NCBI GenBank assembly: GCA_900556465.1
Contig: USPK01000002.1
Coordinates: forward strand, 3,295-67,294
Direction of reading: 5' to 3'
Origin: an uncultured Prevotella sp.
GTDB taxonomy: Bacteria; Bacteroidota; Bacteroidia; Bacteroidales; Bacteroidaceae
DNA length: 64,000 bases
Part shown: in pieces, positions 20,548 through 29,705 of the stretch
How positions within the stretch are numbered: the stretch's first letter is position 1
Layout: each line of letters opens with the position of its first letter
Notes under the pieces: model-generated
Told to the model about the DNA's origin: nothing
The model's database searches: none
Seen by the model: the letters and a program-made list of their open reading frames with translations, nothing else
Translations under genes and position numbers: made by a program

Positions 20548-21258
20548 TCAGCGCTCCAGGCGCAGGCGGCGGGCCAGTTCGGCCACGCCGCGCGAGGCCA
20601 CGTCGCGGATCACTTCCACGGGGCGGCCGGCGGGTACGCGCACCTCGTTGGGGTCGATGAGGTAGACGGGGCATCCGGCCGGCACGTAGTGGACCAGTCC
20701 CGCCGCGGGGTAGACGTTGAGCGACGTGCCTATGATGGCGAAGACGTCGGCCTGTTCCACGGCGCGGGCCGCGTCGGTCAGCCGTGGGACGGCCTCGCCG
20801 AACCATACGATCCACGGACGCAGCAGCGACCCGTCCGCGGCCCGTTCGCCGTGCTTCACGTCGGGGTGTTCCGCCGTCAGGGTGCGCAGGCAGCGCGGGT
20901 TGTCCGGGTCGCGCGAGGAGCAGACCTTCATCAGCTCGCCGTGCAGGTGGATGACGTGCGACGAGCCGGCGCGTTCGTGCAAGTCGTCCACGTTCTGCGT
21001 CACGACGCACACGTCGAAGTCGCGCTCCAGGTCGGCCAGCAGCCTGTGGCCCTCGTTGGGCTGGGCCGTAACCAGCTGGCGCCGCAGCCCGTTGTAGAAG
21101 TCCGTGACCAAGTCCGGATTGGCCGCCCAGCCTTCCGGCGTGGCCACTTGCTCTACCGGATAACGCTCCCAGAGTCCTCCGCTGTCGCGGAACGTACTGA
21201 AGCCGCTTTCGGCGCTCATTCCCGCGCCGGTCAGCACTACGAGTCGTTTCTTTCCCAT
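20548..21258 (-). CDS. cobB: NAD-dependent protein deacylase (sirtuin)
   Basis: TGAGMSAESGFSTFR, TQNVDDLHERAG, HLHGEL, RPWIVWFGE, IGTSLNVYPAA; TAACTTTG box at 21277-21284 (-). Confidence 0.93.
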   Translation of the reverse strand: MGKKRLVVLTGAGMSAESGFSTFRDSGGLWERYPVEQVATPEGWAANPDLVTDFYNGLRRQLVTAQPNEGHRLLADLERDFDVCVVTQNVDDLHERAGSSHVIHLHGELMKVCSSRDPDNPRCLRTLTAEHPDVKHGERAADGSLLRPWIVWFGEAVPRLTDAARAVEQADVFAIIGTSLNVYPAAGLVHYVPAGCPVYLIDPNEVRVPAGRPVEVIRDVASRGVAELARRLRLER

Positions 21259-21475
21259 AATGATGAATTTATTTAGCAAAGTTACTCAAAAAAATGGAAG
21301 TAGGTCCCGAAGTGTGCCGATAGTGGGAAAATATTTTTCCTGTCCGGGCCGTCCGGGCCCTCCAGGGCCTCCGGCGGCTGCACTACGGCATAAAAAGCGC
21401 GGAAATCATGCCGTTGATGAAAAAATAGTTGTAATTTTGCCGCGCATAACCGTTTTCTTGACAATAAATTATCCT

Positions 21476-22060
21476 ATGGAGAAGATCAGTTACGCCCTGG
21501 GCATGGTCATAGGCCACAACCTGAAGGGCATGAACGTGTCGGGCCTGGAGGCTACGGACTTCGCGCAGGGCGTTAGCGACGTCCTGTCCGGGCATAGTGC
21601 CGCCCTGGGCGACGAAGAGGCCCGCCGCATCGTTACCGAATACTTGCAGCAATGCGAAGCAGCCCGCGCCGACCAGGCCCGCAAGGCCGGCGAAGCCTTC
21701 CTGGCCGCCAACGCCGGCAAAGAGGGCGTGACGGTGCTCCCCAGCGGACTGCAATACACGGTCCTGGCCCAGGGAACCGGCCGCCGGCCCGGGCCCACTG
21801 ACCACGTAAAGTGCCACTACGAGGGAACGCTCGTCGACGGCACAGTCTTTGACTCGTCCTACCGCCGCGGCGAGCCGGCCACCTTCCCCCTCGACGGCGT
21901 CATCCGCGGATGGACCGAGGGGCTGCAACTCATGCAGGAGGGCGCGAAGTACCGCTTCTTCATTCCCTACCAACTGGGCTACGGCGCACGCGGTGCCGGG
22001 CAGGACATACCGCCCTACGCCGCCCTCGTGTTCGACGTAGAGCTGATAGAAGTCCTCTGA
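21476..22060 (+). CDS. FKBP-type peptidyl-prolyl isomerase (FklB-like)
   Basis: ISYALG N-domain, [41 protein letters not shown] box at 21432-21439. Confidence 0.94.
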   Translation: MEKISYALGMVIGHNLKGMNVSGLEATDFAQGVSDVLSGHSAALGDEEARRIVTEYLQQCEAARADQARKAGEAFLAANAGKEGVTVLPSGLQYTVLAQGTGRRPGPTDHVKCHYEGTLVDGTVFDSSYRRGEPATFPLDGVIRGWTEGLQLMQEGAKYRFFIPYQLGYGARGAGQDIPPYAALVFDVELIEVL

Positions 22061-22121
22061 TTCCCACCGGCCGCAGCAGTGGCCGACTATCCCGAAAATC
22101 TTACAAAATCAATTCATACGT

Positions 22122-23033
22122 ATGAAGAAAGTATTCTGGGCAACTGCGATTGCCGCCACGGCGCTGTTGAGCGCCTGCAACAACCGGCCGACTTCGGCCA
22201 ACCTTAAGTCGGAAGCCGACACGCTGAGCTATGAAATCGGCATGGTCGATGCGCCTTCAGAGGCCGACCTGGTGCGTTACATCTCCGACCCGCGCGTGGG
22301 CAGCGACAGCACTTATCTTGACGAGTTCCTCAAAGGCTTTGCCGACGGCATGACGGCCGCGAAGGACAAGAAGACGGCCGCCTACACCGCCGGCTTGCAG
22401 GCCGGCGCGCAGATGCGCACCCAGCTCACGCAGATCGAGCAGATGGTCTACGGGGGTGACTCCACGAAGCAGCTCAGCGTGCAGAACTATCTCGCGGGCT
22501 TCAACCACGGCGTCTCCGGCAAGAAGACGGCCCTCATGGTCGACGGCAAGCCCGTAGACAAAATGAAGGCCGGCGAACTGGCCAACGAGAAAATCCGCCA
22601 GATGATGGAGGCCGCGCTGGCTAAGCAACACGCCGCAGAGAAGCAGTCTGCCGACAGCTTCATGACGGCTAAGGCCAAAGAGGCAGGCGTACAGAAACTG
22701 CCCGGCGGAACGCTTTACAAGGTCCTCAAGGCCGGTGACGGTCCGAAGGCCAAGTTGGGTGAGACGGTCAACGTCGTATATGAAGGCCGCCTGATGAACG
22801 GTCTCGTCTTCGACGCCTCGTCCAAGCATCCCGGCCCCGACGGGACGACGGTCCCCATGGTAGTGGGCAACAGCATTCCCGGTTTCGACGAAGCGCTCAA
22901 GGCTATGCCCGTCGGCTCCGAGTGGGAAGTCTACATCCCCTACGACCAGGGCTATGGCGCCCAGGGCGGTGGTCCGTTCCCTCCCTTCTCTGTCCTGATT
23001 TTCAAGGTTACGGCTGTCAGCATCGGTCGTTAA
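22122..23033 (+). CDS. FKBP-type PPIase, lipoprotein
   Basis: Lipobox LLSAC; YEGRLMNGLVFDAS, IPGFDEAL, YIPYDQGYG. Confidence 0.9.
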   Translation: MKKVFWATAIAATALLSACNNRPTSANLKSEADTLSYEIGMVDAPSEADLVRYISDPRVGSDSTYLDEFLKGFADGMTAAKDKKTAAYTAGLQAGAQMRTQLTQIEQMVYGGDSTKQLSVQNYLAGFNHGVSGKKTALMVDGKPVDKMKAGELANEKIRQMMEAALAKQHAAEKQSADSFMTAKAKEAGVQKLPGGTLYKVLKAGDGPKAKLGETVNVVYEGRLMNGLVFDASSKHPGPDGTTVPMVVGNSIPGFDEALKAMPVGSEWEVYIPYDQGYGAQGGGPFPPFSVLIFKVTAVSIGR

Positions 23034-23125
23034 TCCCGGCGTAAGCCCCAACCTCGGCCCCGCGTCCCGCCCGCTCCGGCGAAACGCGGGGCCGGAAGTA
23101 GTAAACAGAAAACCTCATATACGAA

Positions 23126-24004
23126 ATGAAAGCAATTAGCATTCTCATTTTTTCACTGGTGGCCGCAGGCGTCTGCTCGGCTGCCGGTCCGCGCAAGAAG
23201 AAGGCTGCCGCGCCGCAGCCCGTTGCCGAAAAACTCGCTCCCGTGCCCGCCGACACGTTCAGCTATGCCATGGGCGTGGCCCAGAGTCAGGGGCTGCGCG
23301 TCTACTTGCAGCAGCGCGAGGGCGTGGACAGCGCGCACCTCGCCTATGCCGTGAAGGCGCTCGCCGACGCCGCCGCCATGAACGAGGAACAGATGCAGCA
23401 GCAGCTGGCCTACGCCGCCGGCCTCCGCATTGCCCTGATGAACCGCCTGCAAGTCATCCCCACGCTCAACCAGCAGGCCACCGGCAAGCGCGACACGACC
23501 TACACCGACCTGGCCCTCTTCACCCGCGGCCTCACCGACGCCCTCTCGGCCCGCAACGAGCTGACGGCCGACTCCGCCATGGCCATCGTGGAACGCCAAA
23601 TGGCCTACTACCAACAGCAACTCCGGGAGCGCAACGCCGCCTTTCTCGCCGAGAACGCGAAGCAGGACGGCGTGAAGACCACCCCGAGCGGCCTGCAGTA
23701 TCGCGTAATCAAGCAGGGCACGGGCGCTATGGCCACCGACACGACCGAAGTGGAAGTACACTACGAGGGTAAGCTCATTGACGGCACCGTCTTCGACTCT
23801 TCCTACCGTCGCGGGAAGCCGGCCACCTTCCGCCCCGACCAGGTCATCAAGGGCTGGACCGAGGCGCTCAAGATGATGCCCGAGGGCTCCGTCTACGAGC
23901 TCTACATCCCCTACAACCTGGGTTACGGCGAGCGCGGTACGCAGAGCATCCCGCCCTACTCCACGCTCATCTTCAAGGTCGAGCTGCTGAAGGTGAAGTC
24001 CTGA
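23126..24004 (+). CDS. FKBP-type PPIase, exported (FkpA-like)
   Basis: Signal peptide; [36 protein letters not shown]. Confidence 0.93.
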   Translation: MKAISILIFSLVAAGVCSAAGPRKKKAAAPQPVAEKLAPVPADTFSYAMGVAQSQGLRVYLQQREGVDSAHLAYAVKALADAAAMNEEQMQQQLAYAAGLRIALMNRLQVIPTLNQQATGKRDTTYTDLALFTRGLTDALSARNELTADSAMAIVERQMAYYQQQLRERNAAFLAENAKQDGVKTTPSGLQYRVIKQGTGAMATDTTEVEVHYEGKLIDGTVFDSSYRRGKPATFRPDQVIKGWTEALKMMPEGSVYELYIPYNLGYGERGTQSIPPYSTLIFKVELLKVKS

Positions 24005-24018
24005 CCGCCTCGCGGCCG

Positions 24019-25218
24019 CTATACTTCTTCGCCCTGCGTCCCCTCCGGGTCGCGGGGCTTTTTTGTATCGTCGTCCGGGGCCGGACGGTCCTGGCGGTTG
24101 CGCGGAAAGTGGTCCAGCACCTGCTGCCGCAGGAAGGAGCGGTCCAGATGGGTGTAGATTTCCGTCGTCGTAATGCTCTCGTGCCCCAGCATGGCCTGGA
24201 TGGCCCGCAGGTTGGCCCCGCCCTCCAGCAGGTGAGTGGCAAACGTGTGGCGGAAAGTGTGCGGACTGATGGTCTTACGGATGCCGGCCCGTTCGGCATA
24301 GAGCCGCACGTTGTGGAATACCGTGATGCGCGACAGACGTTTCCGCCGCAGCCGGCTCACAAAGACAAAGTCCTCCTCGCCCGGCCGGATGTCGATGGCG
24401 CTGCGGTCCGCAAACCAGCGGCGTAGCTCCTCGGCCGCGCGGGGCGAGAGCGGGACCAGGCGCTGCTTGTCCCCCTTTCCCGTGACACGGATGAAGCCTT
24501 CGTCGAGAAAGAGGTCCGACAGGTGGAGCTGGCAAAGTTCGCTCACCCGTAGCCCGCAACTGTAAAGGAGTTCGATGATGGCCCGGTCGCGTTGCCCGTC
24601 GGGGTGCGCCAAGTCGATGGCGGCGATGATGCTGTCCACCTCTTCGAGCGTCAGCACTTCGGGCAGGTGGCGGCCTATGCGCGGCGACTGGAGCAACTCC
24701 GTGGGGTCGTGGTCGATGTAGCCGTCGAGCAACAGGTAGCGGTAGAGCGCCCGCACGCCCGAGAGGACGCGCGCCACGCTCCGTGGCGCGATGCCGGCGT
24801 CGTGGAGCAGCCAGGCGAAGCGGTGGAGCCCGTCGAGCGTCACCGCCGTCACGTCCGTCTGCGCGTCGAGCAGGTATTCCAGGAAGCGTTCCGCGTCGCG
24901 GCAGTAGGCCTCGCGCGTGTTGTCCGACAGGCCGCGCTCCAGCAGCAGGTAGTTGGCGAACCGCTCCAGCAGCCGCTCCCCCTGCGCCGCGCTTTTCCCG
25001 GCGCCCGCGGCCGCGGACTGTTCCGCCGGGCCCGCGGCCGGTTCCGCCAGGGTGGGGGACTGTTCCGCCGCGGTTAGTTGCGGCGCCGACGGGGCTAGGG
25101 CTAGTTTTTCCTGGGCTAGGGCCAGTTTTTTCTGGGCTAAGGCCCGTTGCTCCCGGGCCGGGGCCCGCCGCCGGCCCGCGGCGGGCTGTGAAAATTCCGA
25201 CACTTCTTTTTCTGCCAT
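24019..25218 (-). CDS. xerD: Site-specific tyrosine recombinase XerD with a repeat-derived N-terminal extension
   Basis: YLLLERGLSDNT SAM-like domain; LRVSEL, GKGDKQR, HTFRH, LGH and TTEIYTH catalytic residues; divergent from aroQ. Confidence 0.9.
   Translation of the reverse strand: MAEKEVSEFSQPAAGRRRAPAREQRALAQKKLALAQEKLALAPSAPQLTAAEQSPTLAEPAAGPAEQSAAAGAGKSAAQGERLLERFANYLLLERGLSDNTREAYCRDAERFLEYLLDAQTDVTAVTLDGLHRFAWLLHDAGIAPRSVARVLSGVRALYRYLLLDGYIDHDPTELLQSPRIGRHLPEVLTLEEVDSIIAAIDLAHPDGQRDRAIIELLYSCGLRVSELCQLHLSDLFLDEGFIRVTGKGDKQRLVPLSPRAAEELRRWFADRSAIDIRPGEEDFVFVSRLRRKRLSRITVFHNVRLYAERAGIRKTISPHTFRHTFATHLLEGGANLRAIQAMLGHESITTTEIYTHLDRSFLRQQVLDHFPRNRQDRPAPDDDTKKPRDPEGTQGEEV
24031..24065 (+). 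terminator. Intrinsic terminator of the FKBP cluster, overlapping the xerD 3' end
   Basis: GCCCTGCG...CGCGGGGC hairpin followed by TTTTTT, 27 bp after the third FKBP stop. Confidence 0.6.
25089..25168. repeat. 21-bp-period palindromic array, copy 4, inside the xerD CDS
   Basis: Units at 25089, 25110, 25131, 25152; further 21-bp-period GTTCCGCC at 25020, 25041, 25062. Confidence 0.88.
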
Positions 25219-25230
25219 ATCCTTTTTTTG

Positions 25231-25290
25231 TACCTTTGCAGGGCAACGTCGGGAAGCGTGCCGCTATGCCGTTGCCCGACGACAAAGGTA
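25231..25290. promoter_or_regulatory. Face-to-face -7 boxes for aroQ (+, 25231-25238) and xerD (-, 25283-25290)
   Basis: TACCTTTG on each strand, with an inverted repeat GGGCAACG / CGTTGCCC between them. Confidence 0.65.
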
Positions 25291-25310
25291 AACTATTTCC
25301 CGGAATACGT

Positions 25311-25757
25311 ATGGCAAAATGGAAGATTTTGATTCTGAACGGCCCGAACCTGAACCTGCTCGGGACGCGTGAGCCCGGCATTTACGGCACAGGCACCATG
25401 GACGACTGCCTTGCCGCTCTGCGTCGCCGCTACCCGGAGGGGGAGCTCGACTACTATCAGAGCAACGTCGAGGGCTTTCTCATTGACCGCCTGCAGGCGG
25501 CGGCTGCCGACGGCACGCTGGGCGTTGTCTTCAACGCCGGGGCCTATACGCACACGTCCGTGGCCCTGCACGACGCCATCCGTTCCGTCAGCTACCCCGT
25601 CGTAGAGGTTCACATCTCCAACGTACACCGTCGCGAGGACTTCCGTCGGCGTTCCCTGATAGCCCCGGCCTGCCTCGGCGTGGTCTGCGGCTTCGGGCTC
25701 GACTCCTACCGCCTGGCCGTGGAGGCCCTCCTGGCCGCCCGCGGCGCCCGGGACTGA
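25311..25757 (+). CDS. aroQ: Type II 3-dehydroquinate dehydratase
   Basis: LNGPNLNLLGTREPGIYG, QSNVEG, NAGAYTHTS, EVHISNVHRREDFR. Confidence 0.96.
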   Translation: MAKWKILILNGPNLNLLGTREPGIYGTGTMDDCLAALRRRYPEGELDYYQSNVEGFLIDRLQAAAADGTLGVVFNAGAYTHTSVALHDAIRSVSYPVVEVHISNVHRREDFRRRSLIAPACLGVVCGFGLDSYRLAVEALLAARGARD

Positions 25758-25832
25758 CCGCTGCCGGCCCGCGCGGCGGAGCGGCGCCACCCGTCCGCCG
25801 CGACGCTCCAACCGACATCTTTATCCCTACCC

Positions 25833-27272
25833 ATGTATAAGAAAACCAAGATTGTAGCCACCATCTCAGACGCACGGTGCGACATCGGCCTGCTCCGCGA
25901 CCTCTACGAAGCGGGCATGAACGTCGTGCGCCTGAACACGGCCCACCAGGACGCCGAAGGCATGCGGCGCGTCATCAACAACGTGCGCGAGGTGTCGAGC
26001 CATATCGCCGTGCTTGTCGACACCAAGGGCCCCGAGGTGCGCACTACGCGCTGCGAGCAGCCCATAGACTTCCGCAAGGGCGACATAGTCCGCATCGTCG
26101 GCGAGCCCGGCCGCGTCACGACGGCCTCGTGCATCGCCGTGAGCTATCCCGGCTTCGTGGCCGACGTCGGTGTCGGCGCCCATGTGCTCATAGACGACGG
26201 CGACCTGGGGCTTTACGTCGAGGAAAAGGAGGGCGACGCCCTGCTCTGCCGCGTAGAGAACGACGCCACGCTCGGTTCGCGCAAGAGCGTCAACGTACCG
26301 GGCGTGCGCATCAACCTGCCGGCCCTGACCGAGCGCGACCGGGCCAACATCGCCTTTGCCATAGAGGCCGACGTCGCCTTCATAGCCCACTCGTTTGTCC
26401 GTTCGCGCGAGGACGTGCTCGAAGTGCGCCGCCTGCTCGACGAAGCCGGCAGCGACATCCGCATCATAGCCAAGATAGAAAACCAGGAGGGCGTGGACAA
26501 CATCGACGAGATTCTCGAGGCAGCCGACGGCGTCATGGTGGCGCGCGGCGACTTGGGCATCGAAGTGCGCCAGGAACTCATCCCCGGCATCCAGCGCCGC
26601 ATCGTGGCCAAGGCTATCCGCGCTCACAAGCCCGTTATCGTCGCCACGCAGATGCTGCAGAGCATGATTCGCAACCCGCGGCCCCTGCGCACGGAGGTGA
26701 CGGACATTGCCAACGCCGTCTATTCGCACGCCGACGCCCTGATGCTCAGCGGCGAGACGGCCTACGGCGACTACCCCGTGGAGGCGGTCCGTGTCATGGC
26801 CACCATAGCCCAGCAGGCCGAGAAGGACAGCTTCGAGCTCTTCGGCGACGTGGACATCCCCCTTTCCGAGAGCCCCGACGTGACGGAATTCTTCGCCAAG
26901 GAAGCCGTCATGGCCACGAAGCGCATGCGCCTGGCCGCCATCATCACGGACAGCTACACGGGGCGCACGGCCCGCTACGTGTCGTCCTTCCGAGGCAAGT
27001 GCATCATCCTGGCCATATGCTACAAGGCGCGCACCGTGCGCCACCTGGCCCTCTCCTACGGCGTCTACGCCATCTATATGCCCATGAAGAGCTACGGACA
27101 CGAGTTCCTCCTCGCCGCCCTGCGCAAGCTCCTCTCCGACCGCATGGTCAAGCTCGACGACCGCATCTGCTACCTCGGGTCGCAGCGCAAGGAGCAACGC
27201 ACCTCGTTCATGGAGATGAACATCGTGAAGAATCTCTTCGAGTCGGAGGGGAAGGAGACCTTCCCCAACTGA
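25833..27272 (+). CDS. pyk: Pyruvate kinase
   Basis: KTKIVATI, DTKGPEVRT, IAKIENQEG, MVARGDLG, ATQML, MLSGETA. Confidence 0.96.
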   Translation: MYKKTKIVATISDARCDIGLLRDLYEAGMNVVRLNTAHQDAEGMRRVINNVREVSSHIAVLVDTKGPEVRTTRCEQPIDFRKGDIVRIVGEPGRVTTASCIAVSYPGFVADVGVGAHVLIDDGDLGLYVEEKEGDALLCRVENDATLGSRKSVNVPGVRINLPALTERDRANIAFAIEADVAFIAHSFVRSREDVLEVRRLLDEAGSDIRIIAKIENQEGVDNIDEILEAADGVMVARGDLGIEVRQELIPGIQRRIVAKAIRAHKPVIVATQMLQSMIRNPRPLRTEVTDIANAVYSHADALMLSGETAYGDYPVEAVRVMATIAQQAEKDSFELFGDVDIPLSESPDVTEFFAKEAVMATKRMRLAAIITDSYTGRTARYVSSFRGKCIILAICYKARTVRHLALSYGVYAIYMPMKSYGHEFLLAALRKLLSDRMVKLDDRICYLGSQRKEQRTSFMEMNIVKNLFESEGKETFPN

Positions 27273-27294
27273 CCCGAGCCACCCGCCCAAGCCC

Positions 27295-27927
27295 ATGACT
27301 CCCGAGCTCGAAGACTACGTGCTGGCGCACATTTCCCCGGAGGACGACTACCTGTACCGCCTCTACCGCGCTACGAACACGCACTTGCTGCGCCCGCGCA
27401 TGGCCTCCGGGCACTTGCAGGGGCTCATCCTGCGTATGCTCACGCGCCTCATCGCCCCGCGCGAGGTGCTCGAGATCGGGACCTATTCGGGCTACTCGGC
27501 GCTCTGCATGGCCTCGGCTATGGCCCCGGGCACCGTGGTGCGCACGTACGAGATCAACGACGAGCAGGAGGACTTCACCCGCCCGTGGCTCGAGGGTTCG
27601 CCCTACGCCGCGCGCATCGAGTTCGTCATCGGCGACGTGCTCCAACTCCTGCCCGGCTCCGGGCTCCAGTTCGACATGGCCTTCATCGACGGCAACAAGC
27701 GGCAGTACGTGGACTACTACGAGCTGGTCCTGGCCCACTTGCGACCGGGCGGTTACATCTTGGCCGACAATACCCTCTGGGACGGACACGTCGTAGACCC
27801 GGCCTACGACCGCGACGCGCAGACGCTCGGCATCCGCCATTTCAACGACGTGGTCGCGGCCGACGAACGCGTGGAAAAGGTCATCCTGCCCCTGCGCGAC
27901 GGCCTGACGCTCATCCGCCGCAGGTAG
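27295..27927 (+). CDS. O-methyltransferase (COMT/TrmR-like)
   Basis: LEIGTYSGYS SAM motif; FIDGNK; ADNTLW; LRDGL. Confidence 0.9.
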   Translation: MTPELEDYVLAHISPEDDYLYRLYRATNTHLLRPRMASGHLQGLILRMLTRLIAPREVLEIGTYSGYSALCMASAMAPGTVVRTYEINDEQEDFTRPWLEGSPYAARIEFVIGDVLQLLPGSGLQFDMAFIDGNKRQYVDYYELVLAHLRPGGYILADNTLWDGHVVDPAYDRDAQTLGIRHFNDVVAADERVEKVILPLRDGLTLIRRR

Positions 27928-27989
27928 GCCGCCTGCCCGCAGGCCCGCGGCCGCCCCGCCTTATTTCATCACCCCTTTACACTATTCTT

Positions 27990-28325
27990 ATGGAAACAAC
28001 CCGTCAACAAAAAATAGCCCGCCTCCTGCAAAAGGAGCTGAGCGATATTTTCCAGCGCCAGACGCAGGCAACCCATGGCCTGCTCGTCTCGGTCTGCACC
28101 GTGCGCATCAGTCCCGACCTGAGCGTGTGCCGGGCCTACCTGAGCGTGTTCCCCTCGGAGCGCGCCAAGGAAGTAGTGGACAGCATCAACCAGCACGCCC
28201 GCGAGGTGCGCTATGAGTTGGGCACGCGCGTGCGCCACCAGTTGCGCATCATTCCCGAGCTGCGCTTCTTCGTGGACGATTCGCTGGACTACATCGACCA
28301 CATCGACGAGCTCCTGAAACACTGA
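27990..28325 (+). CDS. rbfA: Ribosome-binding factor A
   Basis: METTRQQKIARLLQKEL, VRISPDL, LRIIPELRFFVDDSLDY. Confidence 0.95.
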   Translation: METTRQQKIARLLQKELSDIFQRQTQATHGLLVSVCTVRISPDLSVCRAYLSVFPSERAKEVVDSINQHAREVRYELGTRVRHQLRIIPELRFFVDDSLDYIDHIDELLKH

Positions 28326-28363
28326 GCCCGGCTGCTCCCCCTCTCCCCTTTTTCTTTCGCATT

Positions 28364-29596
28364 ATGAATCTGCCATTCTTCCTGGCGCGCCGCTACCTCT
28401 TCTCCAAGAAGAGCCACAGCGCCATTAATATCATTTCGGGCATCTCGGCGTGCGGCGTGGCGCTGGCTACGGCGGCGCTCATCTGCGTGCTGTCCGTCTT
28501 CAACGGCTTCCGTGACCTCATCGGCGGCCTCTATTCCACGTTCGACCCGCAGTTGGAGATTGTTCCCGTCAAGGGCAAGTTCGTCGCCGCGGACGACGCG
28601 GCGTTGCGGCGTGCCGTCGGCGTGCAGGGCGTGGCCCTGGCCTCGGCCTGCCTGGAAGAGAATGCGCTCATCCTCTACCGCGGCAATCCGCTCGTGGTCA
28701 CTATCAAGGGCGTCGACGCGAACTTCGGCCGCGTCACGGGCGTAGACAGCATCGTCTACACCCCGGCGGGCGCTTCCGTCGCCCTGCCGGAGCTGAGCGT
28801 CGCGGGCTTGGACTATGCCGTCCCCGGTTATGGCATGGCCTGTCGCATGGGGGTGGATTTCGGCCAGCTCCAGATTTGTGCCCCGCGCCGTGGGGAGCGC
28901 ATCAACCTGGTTAATCCCGTGGAGAGCTTCAACGTGGCGGACATCTTTTCGACCAATCTCTATTTCCAGGTGAACCAGCGGCGTTACGACGACGTCTATC
29001 TGCTCACGTCGCTCGACTTTGCCCAACGCCTTTTCGAGCAGGAGGGGCGCGTCACATCGTTGGAGCTGAAGTTGCGCGACGGGGTCGACGCCGACGAGGT
29101 GGAGCGCCGCGTGGCCGCCGCCGCGGGGCCGGGCTTCGAGGTGCGCAACCGTATGGAGCAGCACCAGGAGACGTTCAAGGTGATGGAGGTCGAGAAACTC
29201 ATGGCCTATGCCTTTCTCACGTTCATTGCTCTCGTGGCCTGCTTCAATATTATCGGCTCCGTCTCCATGCTCATCATCGACAAGCGGGAAAACATCCTGA
29301 CGCTGCGCAGCCTGGGCATGGAGGACCGCACCGTGTCGCACATCTTCCTCATCGAGAGCCTGCTCATCACGGTGGTGGGCGCGGTGTGCGGCGTCCTGTT
29401 GGGCTTGCTGCTCTGCTGGTTGCAGCAGACGTTCGGCTTCCTGAGTCTGGGCGGCGAAGAGGGCAGCTTCATCGTCGACGCTTATCCCGTCAGCGTCCAA
29501 CTGCTCGACGTGGTACTCGTCTTTGTGACGGTGGTCGTCGTCGGCTTCCTCTCCGTCTGCTATCCGGTGCGCTACCTCAGCCGCCGCTTCCTGTAA
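28364..29596 (+). CDS. LolC/E (FtsX-like) ABC permease
   Basis: FLARRYL, LSVFNGF, periplasmic domain, three C-terminal TMs, FIVDAYPV. Confidence 0.9.
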   Translation: MNLPFFLARRYLFSKKSHSAINIISGISACGVALATAALICVLSVFNGFRDLIGGLYSTFDPQLEIVPVKGKFVAADDAALRRAVGVQGVALASACLEENALILYRGNPLVVTIKGVDANFGRVTGVDSIVYTPAGASVALPELSVAGLDYAVPGYGMACRMGVDFGQLQICAPRRGERINLVNPVESFNVADIFSTNLYFQVNQRRYDDVYLLTSLDFAQRLFEQEGRVTSLELKLRDGVDADEVERRVAAAAGPGFEVRNRMEQHQETFKVMEVEKLMAYAFLTFIALVACFNIIGSVSMLIIDKRENILTLRSLGMEDRTVSHIFLIESLLITVVGAVCGVLLGLLLCWLQQTFGFLSLGGEEGSFIVDAYPVSVQLLDVVLVFVTVVVVGFLSVCYPVRYLSRRFL

Positions 29597-29598
29597 CT

Positions 29599-29678
29599 AC
29601 GGGAATAGGGCCCGTCGCTACGGGGCTAAGGCCCGTAAAAACGGGGCTAGGGACAGTTTTTCCTGTCCTAAGCCCCGT
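29599..29678. repeat. 21-bp-period palindromic array, copy 5 (4 units)
   Basis: Units at 29599, 29620, 29641, 29662; begins 2 bp after the permease stop, between convergent genes. Confidence 0.9.
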
Positions 29679-29705
29679 TTCTCGTGTTCCAGGCCTGCTC
29701 CGGGC

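Noticed and set aside
24019..25218. Integrase of a prophage or ICE
   Set aside because: The sequence and the xerD/aroQ/pyk/rbfA context fit the housekeeping recombinase; no att/tRNA site or cargo seen.
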